From contig CAVOLN010000003.1 in assembly GCA_963696825.1 (NCBI GenBank), positions 45,130 to 109,129 on the forward strand: a stretch of DNA of 64,000 nucleotides, in the 5' to 3' direction. Shown one piece after another: positions 18,955 through 33,389 of the stretch (the stretch's first letter is position 1; each line of letters begins with the position of its first letter). This DNA is from Terriglobia bacterium (GTDB lineage Bacteria; Acidobacteriota; Terriglobia; Terriglobales; Acidobacteriaceae). The notes below the pieces were generated by a model. The model saw only the letters and a list, made by a program, of their open reading frames with translations. It did no database searches and was not told the origin of the DNA. The position numbers were made by a program, and so were the translations under genes.

Positions 18955-19371
18955 ATGGGAACCCGCCGCCAATCTCGTGAACTTGCCCTGCAGATGCTTT
19001 TTCAGGCTGATATGGGGAAGCAGGATCCCGGTCAGGTCCGGAAAACGTTTTGGCGTGAGCGCGAGGACGTTGGCGGCGACGTGCAGAGCTTTGCTGAAGA
19101 CCTGTTTCGAGTGGCTACCAGCCGGGCGACTGAAATCGACGGCCTGATCGAAGGTCATGCCGAGCATTGGCGCATGGAGCGCATGGCTGCGGTCGACCGC
19201 AACCTGCTGCGCGCCTCGGTTGCGGAACTGCTCGCCTTTCCTACCACTCCCCGCGCCGTAGTCATCAACGAAGCTTTGGAAATCGCGCGCAAATTTTCCA
19301 GCCCGGAGTCGGTGCAATTTATCAATGGTGTGCTGGACAGCGTAGGTAAGCAATTGGAAAGCAGTCGTTAG
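18955..19371 (+). CDS. nusB: Transcription antitermination factor NusB
   Basis: MGTRRQSRELALQMLFQADMG... and RMAAVDRNLLRASVAEL; conserved ribH-nusB gene pair. Confidence 0.9.
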   Translation: MGTRRQSRELALQMLFQADMGKQDPGQVRKTFWREREDVGGDVQSFAEDLFRVATSRATEIDGLIEGHAEHWRMERMAAVDRNLLRASVAELLAFPTTPRAVVINEALEIARKFSSPESVQFINGVLDSVGKQLESSR

Positions 19372-19508
19372 TCGCCAGTCGTCGGTCGTCAGCCCAGAAC
19401 CGACACCGCCAGGCAGCGTATATCCTTACATCGTCCGGGATGGCACGAACGAGGACGCTCGCGCCTACATTGCAGGGCCAACGGCCAAAGACCAACGACC
19501 AACGACTG
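19362..19508. repeat. Inverted repeat between convergent genes (A arm / GTCGTTG-complement arm)
   Basis: cagtcgttagtcgccagtcgtcggtcgtcag (overlaps the nusB stop) and ggccaacggccaaagaccaacgaccaacgactg. Confidence 0.65.
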
Positions 19509-19511
19509 CCC

Positions 19512-21700
19512 CTAAGGCTTAACCGCAATCAGATCCGGATTGCACGTGATCGTCGTTCCCACGCAAAGGCCGGCTTGAAACGTTGAAACATCCGTGGGAA
19601 AGGTAACCTGCTGGATGTCGTTGCCCCCCTCCGTATCCAGAACATGCATCTGCCCGTCGGCGGCCGCAATGTAGAGGCGGGTTCCGTCAGGTGTGAGCGA
19701 GGCCTGGACCGGAATGGCGTCGCCGGCTAGCGGGATGGCGGAAGAAGTCTGGTTGCCAATATTAAATACCAGCACGCTGCCCAGGTTGCTTGCAATGACG
19801 TAGGCCCGAGCGCCGTCTTGCGACATGATCAGCTGGGTTGGCACAAAGGTGCCTCGTCCTAGGTTGAACGAGGTCACCGTATTGCTTACCGGCGGGGAAC
19901 AGCCAACCGGGGTCGTGTTCACGTTGATGATGTCGATGCCGGGCGAGTCGACCGCCAGCACTTGCAGCCCGTTGGGCAAGGTCTTCAGGAAAGCAGGTGT
20001 CTGCGGCGTTGCTATCGTCGCCGCCAGCGCATTGGTGCAGGTGGTGTGCACCGTAACGCCCGATGGCGTTCCCCCCGCCAGGTAGGCAAAGGCGCCGCCA
20101 GCGAGAAACGAAACGTCGTTCGCCGCTGTGCCGAGCGGGACGGTCTGCAAGGCTTCGATCGTGGAGTAAACGTAAAGCGTGCTGCCCGCCAGGATGTATG
20201 CCTTCAGACTATCGGGAGAATAATCGGCCGCCGTGGCCCCAACGATCGGCAGCGTGGTTGTGGTGTTGTTGGAAGTGTTGAACACAAACACCTGATTTGG
20301 AGAAGACTTGGTGTCGGAGATGATTACGCCTTTTCCGTCGGGTGAAACGGCCAGCACTTTCCCGGTTACGGACTTGACCTCCGCCACGGTAGGGGGACTG
20401 GCGACGGTGACGACCATCAACCCTCGGCTCCCCAAAAAACTGAAATCCGTGCCCAGATACGCCTTCGCGCCCTGGCGGTCAAAGACCAGGGAGTTTGGAG
20501 TCGCAGGCAGGTTGACCGCGGTCCCCAAAGTATTTGCCGGGCCGGTTATCGGAACCAGGGTGCTGAAGCAACCGGTGGCAGTGGCGCAGTACTGGCAGCA
20601 GTGCCGGTGCTGGAGACATAGATGGTTTCGGCGGTGCCAGTCGTGGTGGTAGTCGAAGCGGTCGGAGCGACCACAACATCGATCACGTTCTCCGGATAAA
20701 TCGGCAGAAGAGGCTGAAAACCTATATTGCAGGTCGGCGGCGTGCAGGAGGCGATCACGCTTCCTCCTCCGGCTTTGCTCGTAGTCACCGCCCCTGCCGA
20801 GCTGACGCCGACCGTCCCAGCCTGCGAGGAACTCCAGGTCAAAGGAACATCAGTAATGGTATTTCCCAGGGAGTCGATCACCGTCGCGGTCACAGTCTTT
20901 CCCGCTCCCGCGGTGACGTTGATGGTGTTACTGCCGCTCCCAGTCACTGCCAGCGTGATCGATTCGACGGGACAGGTGGTGAAATCCAGGGTCTGGCTGG
21001 TGACGTTGCTAAGGCTGGCGAAGATCGCAGTGACGCCCGGGTTCGCCGCCGTTACCTGCAACTGTCCGGGGGCTAGTCCGCTCACCGGTTCGGCGTCAGT
21101 CGCGGTTTTGAGGGTCGCGACACCCGAGGTGATGGCCTGCCAGGTAAAAGGCCCAACGCTGTTAGTGATGTCCAGCCCCTGGCTGAAGGCATTGGCCTGA
21201 TAGTTGAATACCTGGCCCTTGGAAAAGCACGGACCTGCCGGGGGCGTCTGGTTGGGGATGGGGCTGGTTACGATTTTGTCGATGCGCTGATGAACATAAA
21301 CGGTAGTCGGAGGGCTGCTTACCCCGTGTGACGTGGCAGTCACTTGCGCCACTCCCACCGGACCGGGAGTGCAGATTTGAGGCGCGCTCAACGAATCCCA
21401 CGTGCCTGCACAGGCTGTGCCGTTATTGGCGATAGTCAAGACGGCGGTGTTGCTGGAAATGAAGCCTACCGGGGTGGTAATGGCGGTACCCTTATTGTTC
21501 TGTGGCGTCGCGGTAAAGGTCTGAGTGGCGCTGCCAACGTTCAGGGAGACCGGAGTGGCCGGGTTGAGAACAATCTTTCCCGGAACCGGGAAGGTCGTGT
21601 TTCTGGTAGGACTGCTACTGCTGCATCCGGCCAGAACGGCAATCAAACCTACGATTAAACACAGGGCCCCGCACCGGACTGAATCGAACGCACTACCCAT
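19512..21700 (-). CDS. Lipoprotein with Ig-like (Big_2-type) domains and a YVTN-type beta-propeller; one apparent frameshift (~20595)
   Basis: Lipobox LIAVLAGCSS. Repeated beta-rich VT/ATV segments. C-terminal half has repeated ...AYV/LY(V/I)A... propeller-like motifs. ORFs 20546-21700 and 19512-20528 join in adjacent frames. Confidence 0.6.
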
Positions 21701-21911
21701 GCACCCTCCCCGCCCAGTGTATGCACGGGGCGAGCTTGTCTGACACTATCTGGAAAACCCCAAGTGTAGAGGCTGAGAAGCCAGATTGTCGAATTTTCGG
21801 ATTTCAGGATTTAGCAATGCATGATTGCAATAAATTTCGTCAATTTTAACTTCCCGTCTCTTCGGAATTCCGAGGGAACCCGACATCTCCATCTGATGCA
21901 AGCAACTGCCA

Positions 21912-21941
21912 TTGACGATGTGTAGAGCGAGTTGCTATATT
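21912..21941 (+). promoter_or_regulatory. Candidate sigma-70 promoter upstream of rpsL
   Basis: TTGACG (21912-21917), 18-nt spacer, TATATT (21936-21941). It lies about 445 nt upstream of the rpsL ATG. Confidence 0.3.
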
Positions 21942-22387
21942 TGTAAGGTTCCGCGAGTAAAGTCTGGCTTACCTGTACGCGGTGGTTTCTGATCCGCCAC
22001 GCTTGCGTGTGTGTGGCAAGCCCCCGAAAATTGCAGCTGAGCTTTAGCAACAAACGTCTCCCGGGAAACAGAACGAACCACCGGAGGCGCCCTCGCTGAA
22101 ACGCCCTGCGCGCACCTTTCACCCGTTGAAAGGCTATGCGGGGCAGTGCTGACGAAACGGAGCAACTCCCGGCCAGAAAATGTCTGGGTCTGGTGCCACC
22201 GTCGGCGGCGTTAGTCTGAACGGGAAACCGAAATCTCTCGCCGTCGCTGTGCGCGGGAATCATGGTTGGCGAATCCGCCATCCAGCCCCTGAAATGCAGG
22301 GAAAAGCAGAAGCGGCGTCCTTTCGCGTTGATGCGCCTTTGTGGGCCTCGACTGCGAGGGAGCGGCTGAGGAGCAGCGGGAAAAGGC

Positions 22388-22762
22388 ATGCCTACTTTTA
22401 ATCAGTTGGTGCGAAGCGGCCGCAAGCGGCCACGGTACAAGACGGCTAGTCCCGCCTTGCAAGGGTGTCCGCAGAAGCGCGGTGTTTGCACCCGCGTCTA
22501 CACTCAGACTCCCAAGAAGCCGAACTCGGCTCTGCGCAAAGTCGCTCGCGTCCGGTTGACCAACGGAATTGAGGTTACGACCTACATTCCCGGAGTCGGC
22601 CACAACCTGCAGGAGCACTCGATTGTGCTGATTCGCGGCGGCAGAGTGAAGGATCTTCCTGGGGTGCGCTATCACGTGATTCGCGGCACATTGGACGCGG
22701 TAGGCGTCGCCGGCCGCAAGCAAAGCCGTTCGAAGTACGGAGCAAAAAGACCTAAGGCGTAG
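22388..22762 (+). CDS. rpsL: 30S ribosomal protein S12
   Basis: [14 protein letters not shown]...[16 protein letters not shown]. Confidence 0.97.
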   Translation: MPTFNQLVRSGRKRPRYKTASPALQGCPQKRGVCTRVYTQTPKKPNSALRKVARVRLTNGIEVTTYIPGVGHNLQEHSIVLIRGGRVKDLPGVRYHVIRGTLDAVGVAGRKQSRSKYGAKRPKA

Positions 22763-22763
22763 A

Positions 22764-22786
22764 ACGTCGTTGGTCGTTGGCCAAAG
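22764..22786. repeat. Heptamer-repeat arm, GTCGTTG dialect (D)
   Basis: acgtcgttggtcgttggccaaag, directly after the rpsL stop. Confidence 0.65.
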
Positions 22787-22836
22787 CCACGAAGAATCGG
22801 TCGCGCAAGGGTTTGAAGGATGAAGTTAGGAACGTT

Positions 22837-23364
<528 letters not shown>

Positions 23365-23370
23365 AAACGC

Positions 23371-23433
23371 AGCTTCCAGCTGCTAGCTCCTGGCTTCTAG
23401 CAAAACGAGCCGGAGGCATTAGCTAGGAGCCAG
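23371..23433. repeat. GCTAGRA-complement arm (C') plus short partner in the fusA leader
   Basis: agcttccagctgctagctcctggcttctagc ... agctaggagccag. Positions 23383-23401 are the exact reverse complement of 22867-22885. Confidence 0.8.
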
Positions 23434-23445
23434 TCGCTAAATCAG

Positions 23446-25645
<2,200 letters not shown>

Positions 25646-25648
25646 GAA

Positions 25649-26836
<1,188 letters not shown>

Positions 26837-26922
26837 CAGACCCGTCCGGCAGAGCGCAGCTCCGCAGGTTTGTGCAGGTGAGCTGGCTACGCGCAGGCAG
26901 TGCGGTGGGAATTAGTTGAAAA

Positions 26923-26950
26923 GAGAACCAGTAATCAGTTACTGGTTCTC
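26923..26950 (+). terminator. Perfect 12-bp hairpin downstream of tuf (no T-tract; processing or pause site rather than a classical terminator)
   Basis: gagaaccagtaa-tcag-ttactggttctc. Confidence 0.4.
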
Positions 26951-26964
26951 AGTTCTCAGAGGTT

Positions 26965-26993
26965 GAGCTAGAAGCTAGCAGCTAGAAGCTGAT
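26965..26993. repeat. Heptamer-repeat arm, GCTAGRA dialect (C)
   Basis: gagctagaagctagcagctagaagctga. Confidence 0.75.
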
Positions 26994-27061
26994 TTCAGCG
27001 GCTTGCAGCATGCCGCCAGTTCTTTCCTCCCGGTGAGCCGGGAGAGACGAGAGAGTGAAAC

Positions 27062-27391
27062 ATGATTGGAAAAGAAAGAATTCGCATCCGGCTGAAGGCG
27101 TACGACTACCGCATCCTGGACCAGTCCACGGGTGAGATTGTCGACACGGCGCGGCGCACTGGCGCGCAAATCGCGGGCCCGATTCCATTGCCCACGATGA
27201 AGAACAAGTACTGCGTGCTGCGTTCTCCGCACGTGGACAAGAAATCGCGTGAGCAGTTCGAGATCCGCACCCACAAGCGTCTGCTCGATATTCTCGAGCC
27301 CACGCAGCAGACTGTGGACGCTTTGATGAAGCTCGACTTGCCCGCAGGCGTGGATGTCGAGATCAAGGCTTTCGGCAAGGAACACAAATAG
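27062..27391 (+). CDS. rpsJ: 30S ribosomal protein S10
   Basis: [16 protein letters not shown]...[15 protein letters not shown]. Confidence 0.97.
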   Translation: MIGKERIRIRLKAYDYRILDQSTGEIVDTARRTGAQIAGPIPLPTMKNKYCVLRSPHVDKKSREQFEIRTHKRLLDILEPTQQTVDALMKLDLPAGVDVEIKAFGKEHK

Positions 27392-27422
27392 CTTCAGCCG
27401 TCAGCTCTCAGCTGTCAGCTGG
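27391..27422. repeat. Heptamer-repeat arm, complement of GCTGARR (B'), overlaps rpsJ stop
   Basis: gcttcagccgtcagctctcagctgtcagctgg. Confidence 0.75.
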
Positions 27423-27474
27423 AGCGGAATAATTTGGCCTCGGGCGCGAGCCTTGGGCAAGGTGAGCGAAAGAA

Positions 27475-28204
27475 ATGGCAAAGGTAACCGGAATTCTTAG
27501 GCAAGAAAGTCGGAATGACGCAGCTCTTCGACGACAAGGGCGACGTGCATCCCGCAACCGTTCTGCAGGCGGGTCCGTGCGTGATTACGCAGCACAAGAC
27601 CCAGACTCGCGACGGATACGACGCGGCGCAGATCGGCCTGGTCGAGTTCATGAAGGAATCGCGCCTGACCCAGCCGATGAAGGGACATCTGGGAAAGCAC
27701 AATCTGCCGCCGGTGAAATTCCTGCGCGAAGTGCCGATTGAAGTCGAAAAGGCGGAAGAGGCAGCCGCGGTAAAGGCCGGCGACCGGGTGCTGGTGGACA
27801 TTTTTGAAGGCGAGAAGTTTGTGGACGTCGTCGGCGTCAGCAAGGGACGCGGGTTTGCCGGCGTGGTCCGGCGTCATCACTTCGCCGGCGGCCCCAAATC
27901 GCACGGTTCGATGTTTCAGATCCCGGGTTCGATCGGTTCTTCGGCATTTCCTTCACGCGTGTTCAAGGGCATGCGCATGTCGGGACACATGGGCGTCGAT
28001 CGCGTGACGCAGCGCAACCTGCGGGTGCTGGGCGTCGACAAAGACGAGAATCTGCTGGTGGTCGAAGGCAGCGTGCCCGGCCCGAACGGCGGGTATCTGG
28101 TGATTACCAAAGCCAAGAAGCCGCCCAGAGAGCGGCGCGGATTTGGCGGCGCGGCCACGGTGGATCCGTTGAAGGCAGCGAAGCGAGCGGCGAAGAAGGC
28201 TTAA
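27475..28204 (+). CDS. rplC: 50S ribosomal protein L3; one apparent 1-nt insertion (~27501)
   Basis: MAKVTGIL then, after ctt-A-ggc, GKKVGMTQLFDDKGDVHPATVLQAGPC... Removing one base restores the canonical L3 N-terminus. Confidence 0.93.
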
Positions 28205-28208
28205 GAAG

Positions 28209-28244
28209 CAGTCGTTGGTCGTTGGCTGTTGGTCGTTGGCCAAC
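28209..28244. repeat. Heptamer-repeat arm, GTCGTTG dialect (D)
   Basis: cagtcgttggtcgttggctgttggtcgttggccaac. Confidence 0.75.
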
Positions 28245-28263
28245 ACAACATACGGAAAGACAT

Positions 28264-29003
28264 ATGGCAACTATCGATATTCACAATCTGAGCGGGGAGA
28301 AGGTCGGAACGCTTGATCTCGCCGATGAAGTATTCGGCGCGGTCAACGAAGACCTGCTGTGGGAAGCGGTGAAGCATTACCGCGCCGCGCAGCGCGCCGG
28401 CACTCACGCCACCAAGAACAAGAAGCTGGTTTCGGGCGCCGGCAAGAAACTTTGGAAGCAGAAGGGTACGGGGCGCGCCCGCGTCGGCTCCATCCGTTCG
28501 CCGCTGTGGCGGCATGGCGGCACGGTGCATGGACCGCAACCGCGCTCTTACGACTACGCCTTTCCGCGCAAGAAGTTGCTGGGAGCGTTGCGTTCGGCGC
28601 TGGCTTCGAAATTTGCCGACGGCAAGCTGATCGTGGTCAACGCGTTCGACGTGAAAGAGCCGAAGACCAAGCTGTTTCGCGCAGGCTGCTGGACGCGCTG
28701 AAAGTCGAAAGCACGGCGTTGCTGGTGGAAGTGCCCCGGCACGGCAACCGCAACCTGACGCTGAGCTCGCGCAATCTCGATGGAGTGGAACTGGTGCATG
28801 GCAACGAGGTTCATCCCTATCATCTGCTGCGTTACGACCGCGCGATTTTTTCGCAGCCGGCGATTGAAGCGCTTGCAGCTTTCGCTGAAGAACTCGACGT
28901 TCGAAGCGGCAGCGCAAGAAGGAAGACAAAAGAAGGCGCGAAGAAGGCCACCGGCTCTCCGCGGCGGCGGGCGCGTCATGAAAAAGCGGCGGAGGTCGCC
29001 TGA
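28264..29003 (+). CDS. rplD: 50S ribosomal protein L4 with basic C-terminal extension; one apparent 1-nt deletion (~28683)
   Basis: MATIDIHNLSGEKVG...KQKGTGRARVGSIRSPLWRHGG...; the frame changes at ...KTKLFR / LLDALKV.... The stop overlaps the rplW start (TGATG). Confidence 0.9.
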
Positions 29004-29296
29004 TGAAATCCGCATATCAGATCATTCGCCGTCCGGTGATTACGGAAAAGGGTCTGGCCATCAAGGAAAACCAGAACACGCTGGTCTTCCAGGTGGCGAA
29101 GGCCGCGACCAAGACCGAGATCCGGGAAGCGGTGCAGTCGATTTTCAAGGTGAAGGTGCATTCGGTGCGCACCGCGCTCTATCCCGGAAAAGAACGCCGC
29201 CGGGGAAAGTTTGCCGGCTACCGTCCCGACTGGAAAAAAGCGTTCGTGCGGCTGAAGTCCGGCGAAAAGATGCCGGAGTACGCGCAGAACTTATAG
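29003..29296 (+). CDS. rplW: 50S ribosomal protein L23
   Basis: MKSAYQIIRRPVITEKG...; 97 aa. Confidence 0.95.
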   Translation: MKSAYQIIRRPVITEKGLAIKENQNTLVFQVAKAATKTEIREAVQSIFKVKVHSVRTALYPGKERRRGKFAGYRPDWKKAFVRLKSGEKMPEYAQNL

Positions 29297-29380
29297 TCGT
29301 CAGTCGTCGGTCTTCAGTCGTCAGGAAGGCCGGTGAGGCGCAAGGATTTTGTGAGCTGACGACCGACGACTGAGAGCTGA
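29295..29380. repeat. Intercistronic hairpin, GTCGTCR dialect (A/A'), rplW stop to rplB start
   Basis: 29300-29317 pairs with 29356-29373 (17 of 18 positions). The left arm overlaps the rplW TAG and the right arm ends 4 nt before the rplB ATG. Confidence 0.85.
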
Positions 29381-29384
29381 TTTT

Positions 29385-30212
29385 ATGCCAATCAAGACAT
29401 ACAGACCGACTACGCAGACGTTGCGCTACCGGACCACGCTGGTCAACGACGACATTACGACCCGGCATCCGCACAAGCCGCTGCTCGAGCCCAAGCAGCG
29501 CACCGGCGGACGCCGCAACAGCGGCGACACCACCATGTGGCATCGCGGCGGCGGCCACAAGCGCAAGCTGCGCCTGATCGACTTCAAGCGCGACAAGAGC
29601 GGCATTCCGGCGACGGTGGCTTCGATCGAATACGATCCCAACCGTTCGGCGCGCATCGCGCTGCTGAGCTACGCCGACGGCGAGAAGCGCTACATTCTGC
29701 AGCCCGACGGGCTGAAGGTCGGACAGAAAGTGGTCAGCGGTCCGGAAGCGGACATCCTGGTGGGCAATGCTTTGCCGCTGAAGAATATTCCGCCGGGCAC
29801 GACCATCCACAACATCGAGTTGAAGCCCGGCAAGGGCGCGCAGATGGTGCGTTCGGCGGGCGGTTCGGCGCAACTGGTGGCCAAGGAAGGCGAGTACGCG
29901 CTGGTCAAGCTGCCTTCCGGCGAGACCCGCAAAGTGTCGCAGGATTGCATGGCGACGATCGGCCAGGTGGGAAATCTGGATCACGAAAACGTCACCATCG
30001 GCAAAGCGGGACGCATGCGCTGGCTGGGACGGCGTCCGGTGAATCGCGGTGTCTCCATGAACCCGGTCGACCATCCGCATGGCGGCGGTGAAGGCAAGAC
30101 TTCGGGCGGCCGGCATCCGGTGACGCCGTGGGGACAGCCGACGCGCGGCTACAAGACGCGCAACAACAAGCGTACGGATGCGTTCATCGTGAACCGAAGA
30201 GGGAAGAAGTAG
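29385..30212 (+). CDS. rplB: 50S ribosomal protein L2
   Basis: 275 aa, intact. ...[15 protein letters not shown]...HPHGGGEGK.... Confidence 0.97.
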   Translation: MPIKTYRPTTQTLRYRTTLVNDDITTRHPHKPLLEPKQRTGGRRNSGDTTMWHRGGGHKRKLRLIDFKRDKSGIPATVASIEYDPNRSARIALLSYADGEKRYILQPDGLKVGQKVVSGPEADILVGNALPLKNIPPGTTIHNIELKPGKGAQMVRSAGGSAQLVAKEGEYALVKLPSGETRKVSQDCMATIGQVGNLDHENVTIGKAGRMRWLGRRPVNRGVSMNPVDHPHGGGEGKTSGGRHPVTPWGQPTRGYKTRNNKRTDAFIVNRRGKK

Positions 30213-30217
30213 GAAGA

Positions 30218-30256
30218 TCAGTCGTCGGTCCGTCGGCAGACGTCAGATTCGTCACC
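30218..30256. repeat. Degenerate GTCGTCR-dialect arm
   Basis: tcagtcgtcggtccgtcggcagacgtcagattcgtcacc. Confidence 0.6.
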
Positions 30257-30294
30257 GCGCAAGACGGTTCGGAATCGACGAAGATTTTGAGAGG

Positions 30295-30334
30295 CTGTTA
30301 GCTGAGAGCTGACGGCTGAAAGCTGAGAGCTGAC
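30295..30334. repeat. Heptamer-repeat arm, GCTGARR dialect (B); ends 3 nt before rpsS ATG
   Basis: ctgttagctgagagctgacggctgaaagctgagagctgac then tttATG. Confidence 0.8.
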
Positions 30335-30337
30335 TTT

Positions 30338-30781
30338 ATGGCACGTTCAACCAAGAAGGGTCCGTTCGTGGATGGCTACCTGCAGGCGCGGGTGGACGGC
30401 ATGAACTCGCGCAATGAGAAGAAGGTGCTGCGCACCTGGTCGCGGCGCTCGACCATCATTCCGGAGATGGTGGGCCACACCATCGCGGTGCACAACGGCA
30501 AGAAATTTATTCCGGTGTACGTCACGGAAAACATGGTGGGCCACAAGCTGGGTGAATTCAGCTTTACCCGCCAGTTCAAGGGTCACTCGATGCGGGCGGC
30601 CACGGAAACTGCGGCCCGGCCGGCAGGCGTGCCCGGCGGTCCGGGAGCGATCACTCCGGCGGCGGGACCGGCTCCGGCCAGCGCCGGCGCCGAAGGCGTA
30701 AAGGAGAAGCATCAGACATGGAATTTCGAGCTCAAGTCCGCTTCACCCGGGTGTCGCCGCAGAAGGCGCGCCTGGTGCTGA
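30338..30781 (+). CDS. rpsS: 30S ribosomal protein S19 with atypical Ala/Pro/Gly-rich C-terminal extension overlapping rplV
   Basis: The canonical S19 core [12 protein letters not shown]...[16 protein letters not shown] ends near 30610. The ORF runs on to 30781. A stop in another frame at 30699-30701 precedes an AAGGAGA SD for rplV, so an indel is possible. Confidence 0.85.
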   Translation: MARSTKKGPFVDGYLQARVDGMNSRNEKKVLRTWSRRSTIIPEMVGHTIAVHNGKKFIPVYVTENMVGHKLGEFSFTRQFKGHSMRAATETAARPAGVPGGPGAITPAAGPAPASAGAEGVKEKHQTWNFELKSASPGCRRRRRAWC

Positions 30782-31203
30782 ATTTGATCAAGGGCCGCAA
30801 GGTGGAAGACGCGCTCAATACTCTGGTCTTCACCAAGAAGCGGGTGGCGGCCACGGTGGAAAAGCTGCTGCGTTCGGCGCTGGAGAATGCCAACTATCTG
30901 AGCAGCGAAAAGGGCATCGACGTCGATGTGGACAAGCTGTACGTGAAGGACGCGGTGGCCAACGACGGTCCGCGCATGAAGCGCATTCGTCCCGCGCCGA
31001 TGGGCCGGGCTTTCCGCTACGTGCGGCGCATCGCGCACATCGAGATCGTGCTGGCGGAGCGCGGCAAGAGCGGAGAATCGCTGGCGACGGTGGTCGGCGA
31101 AGAAAGCGCAGCCGCGCGAACCAAGACTCCGGCCCGAGCCAAAGGCAAGGCTATGCGTCCAAGCGCAAAGCGCCGGCGGCAAGAAGAAAGTAGGAGCCAG
31201 ATA

Positions 31204-31204
<1 letters not shown>
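30718..31204 (+). CDS. rplV: 50S ribosomal protein L22 with C-terminal extension; stop codon not in frame (ORF fuses to rpsC), indel inferred at ~31100-31190
   Basis: [33 protein letters not shown].... Candidate true stops are TAA 31202-31204 (TAATG overlap with rpsC) or TAG 31188-31190, both in other frames. Confidence 0.85.
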
Positions 31205-31867
<663 letters not shown>

Positions 31868-31878
31868 AGGATTTGGCC

Positions 31879-31903
31879 GAGAAGCTAGAAGCTAAGAGCT
31901 GAC
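31879..31903. repeat. Heptamer-repeat arm (C/B hybrid); ends 3 nt before rplP ATG
   Basis: gagaagctagaagctaagagctgac then tttATG. Confidence 0.75.
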
Positions 31904-31906
31904 TTT

Positions 31907-32323
<417 letters not shown>

Positions 32324-32330
32324 AAATCGC

Positions 32331-32363
32331 GAACGGAACTAGAACTGAGAAGCTGAGAACTGA
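32331..32363. repeat. Short-period repeat arm (GAACTRAG-like); ends 2 nt before rpmC ATG
   Basis: gaacggaactagaactgagaagctgagaactga. Confidence 0.65.
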
Positions 32364-32365
32364 TT

Positions 32366-32581
32366 ATGAAATCCGAAAAAGTACGCAATCTGACGGCTGA
32401 GGAACTTCGCCAGCAGGAGCACGAGCTCAGCGACCAGCTGTTCAAGCTGAAGTTCCAGCTCAACATGGGACAGACCGAGAGCCTGAAGAAGATTCGCGGC
32501 TTGCGCAAGGACATTGCGCGGGTCAAGACCATCGCTCGCGAGCGCGAGCTGGCCGCGGCCGGCGGAACGGAGAAAAAGTAG
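32366..32581 (+). CDS. rpmC: 50S ribosomal protein L29
   Basis: [31 protein letters not shown]. Confidence 0.93.
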   Translation: MKSEKVRNLTAEELRQQEHELSDQLFKLKFQLNMGQTESLKKIRGLRKDIARVKTIARERELAAAGGTEKK

Positions 32582-32582
32582 T

Positions 32583-32945
32583 ATGGCTGAAACCAAGGCA
32601 CAACCCGGAGCAGCGGTACAGCAGGCGGCGGGACGGCGCAAGGAAGTGGTCGGCGAGGTGGTTTCCAGCCGCATGCACAAGACCATCGTGGTGCAGGTGG
32701 TGCGCAAGAAGGCGCATCCCTTCTACAAGCGCGTGGTCTCGAAAGCCAAGAAGTTCTATGCCCATGACGAAAAAAATGTAGCCCACGTCGGCGATGTGGT
32801 GCGCCTGGAAGAGACTCGTCCGCTGTCCAAGCTGAAGCGCTGGCGGCTGAAGGAAGTGGTCCGGCAGGCGGCGTTGTTGCCGGAAACCACGCGTCGCGGA
32901 AGCCAGTTAACCGGCCAGGCGAAGGGCGACAGGGAGATACAGATT
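32583..32945 (+). CDS. rpsQ: 30S ribosomal protein S17; no in-frame stop before rplN (reads into L14)
   Basis: MAETKAQ...[40 protein letters not shown]...[13 protein letters not shown]. The linker [27 protein letters not shown] then runs in frame into the L14 ATG. Confidence 0.85.
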
Positions 32946-33317
32946 ATGGCTGTGATGATGAGATCGATGCTCGAGGTCGCCGACAACTCCGGCGCCCGCA
33001 AGCTGCAGATGATTCTGCCGCTCGGCGGTTCGACCGGCTTGAACGCCGGACTGGGCGACGTCATTACCGCCAGCGTGAAAGAGGCGGCTCCGGAAGGCCA
33101 GGTGCAGAAGGGCAAAGTGGTGAAGGCGGTCATCGTGCGCACCCGCAAGGAACATCGGCGCCGCGACGGCACCTACATCCGCTTCGACCAGAATGCCGCG
33201 GTGCTGATCAACGATGCCGGCGAGCCGGTGGGGACCCGCGTCTTCGGTCCGGTAGCCCGCGAACTGCGCGAGAAGAAATTTCTGAAGATTGTGTCGCTGG
33301 CGCCGGAAGTTTTGTAA
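32946..33317 (+). CDS. rplN: 50S ribosomal protein L14
   Basis: [19 protein letters not shown]...; AGGGAGA SD 8 nt upstream. Confidence 0.95.
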   Translation: MAVMMRSMLEVADNSGARKLQMILPLGGSTGLNAGLGDVITASVKEAAPEGQVQKGKVVKAVIVRTRKEHRRRDGTYIRFDQNAAVLINDAGEPVGTRVFGPVARELREKKFLKIVSLAPEVL

Positions 33318-33320
33318 GGC

Positions 33321-33354
33321 CATTGAGTAATTGGAATTGGTAATGTGAATTGAG
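33321..33354. repeat. Short-period repeat arm, TAATTGAG dialect (E), degenerate
   Basis: cattgagtaattggaattggtaatgtgaattgag. Confidence 0.55.
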
Positions 33355-33389
33355 ACGAAGCTTGAAGCAAGTCCGATCAGAAGGTTCTT

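Noticed and set aside
21811-22389. A 192-aa minus-strand ORF filling the rpsL upstream region.
   Set aside because: Its composition is Arg/Pro/Phe-rich with no domains, and there is no SD or sensible start context. The region is treated as non-coding (see the rpsL leader finding).
26837-27061. The tuf-rpsJ spacer was checked for the tRNA or secE-nusG genes that follow tuf in many bacteria.
   Set aside because: No tRNA-like structure or ORF was found. The spacer contains a perfect 12-bp hairpin, a GCTAGRA repeat arm and a short ctcccgg-tgag-ccgggag hairpin only.
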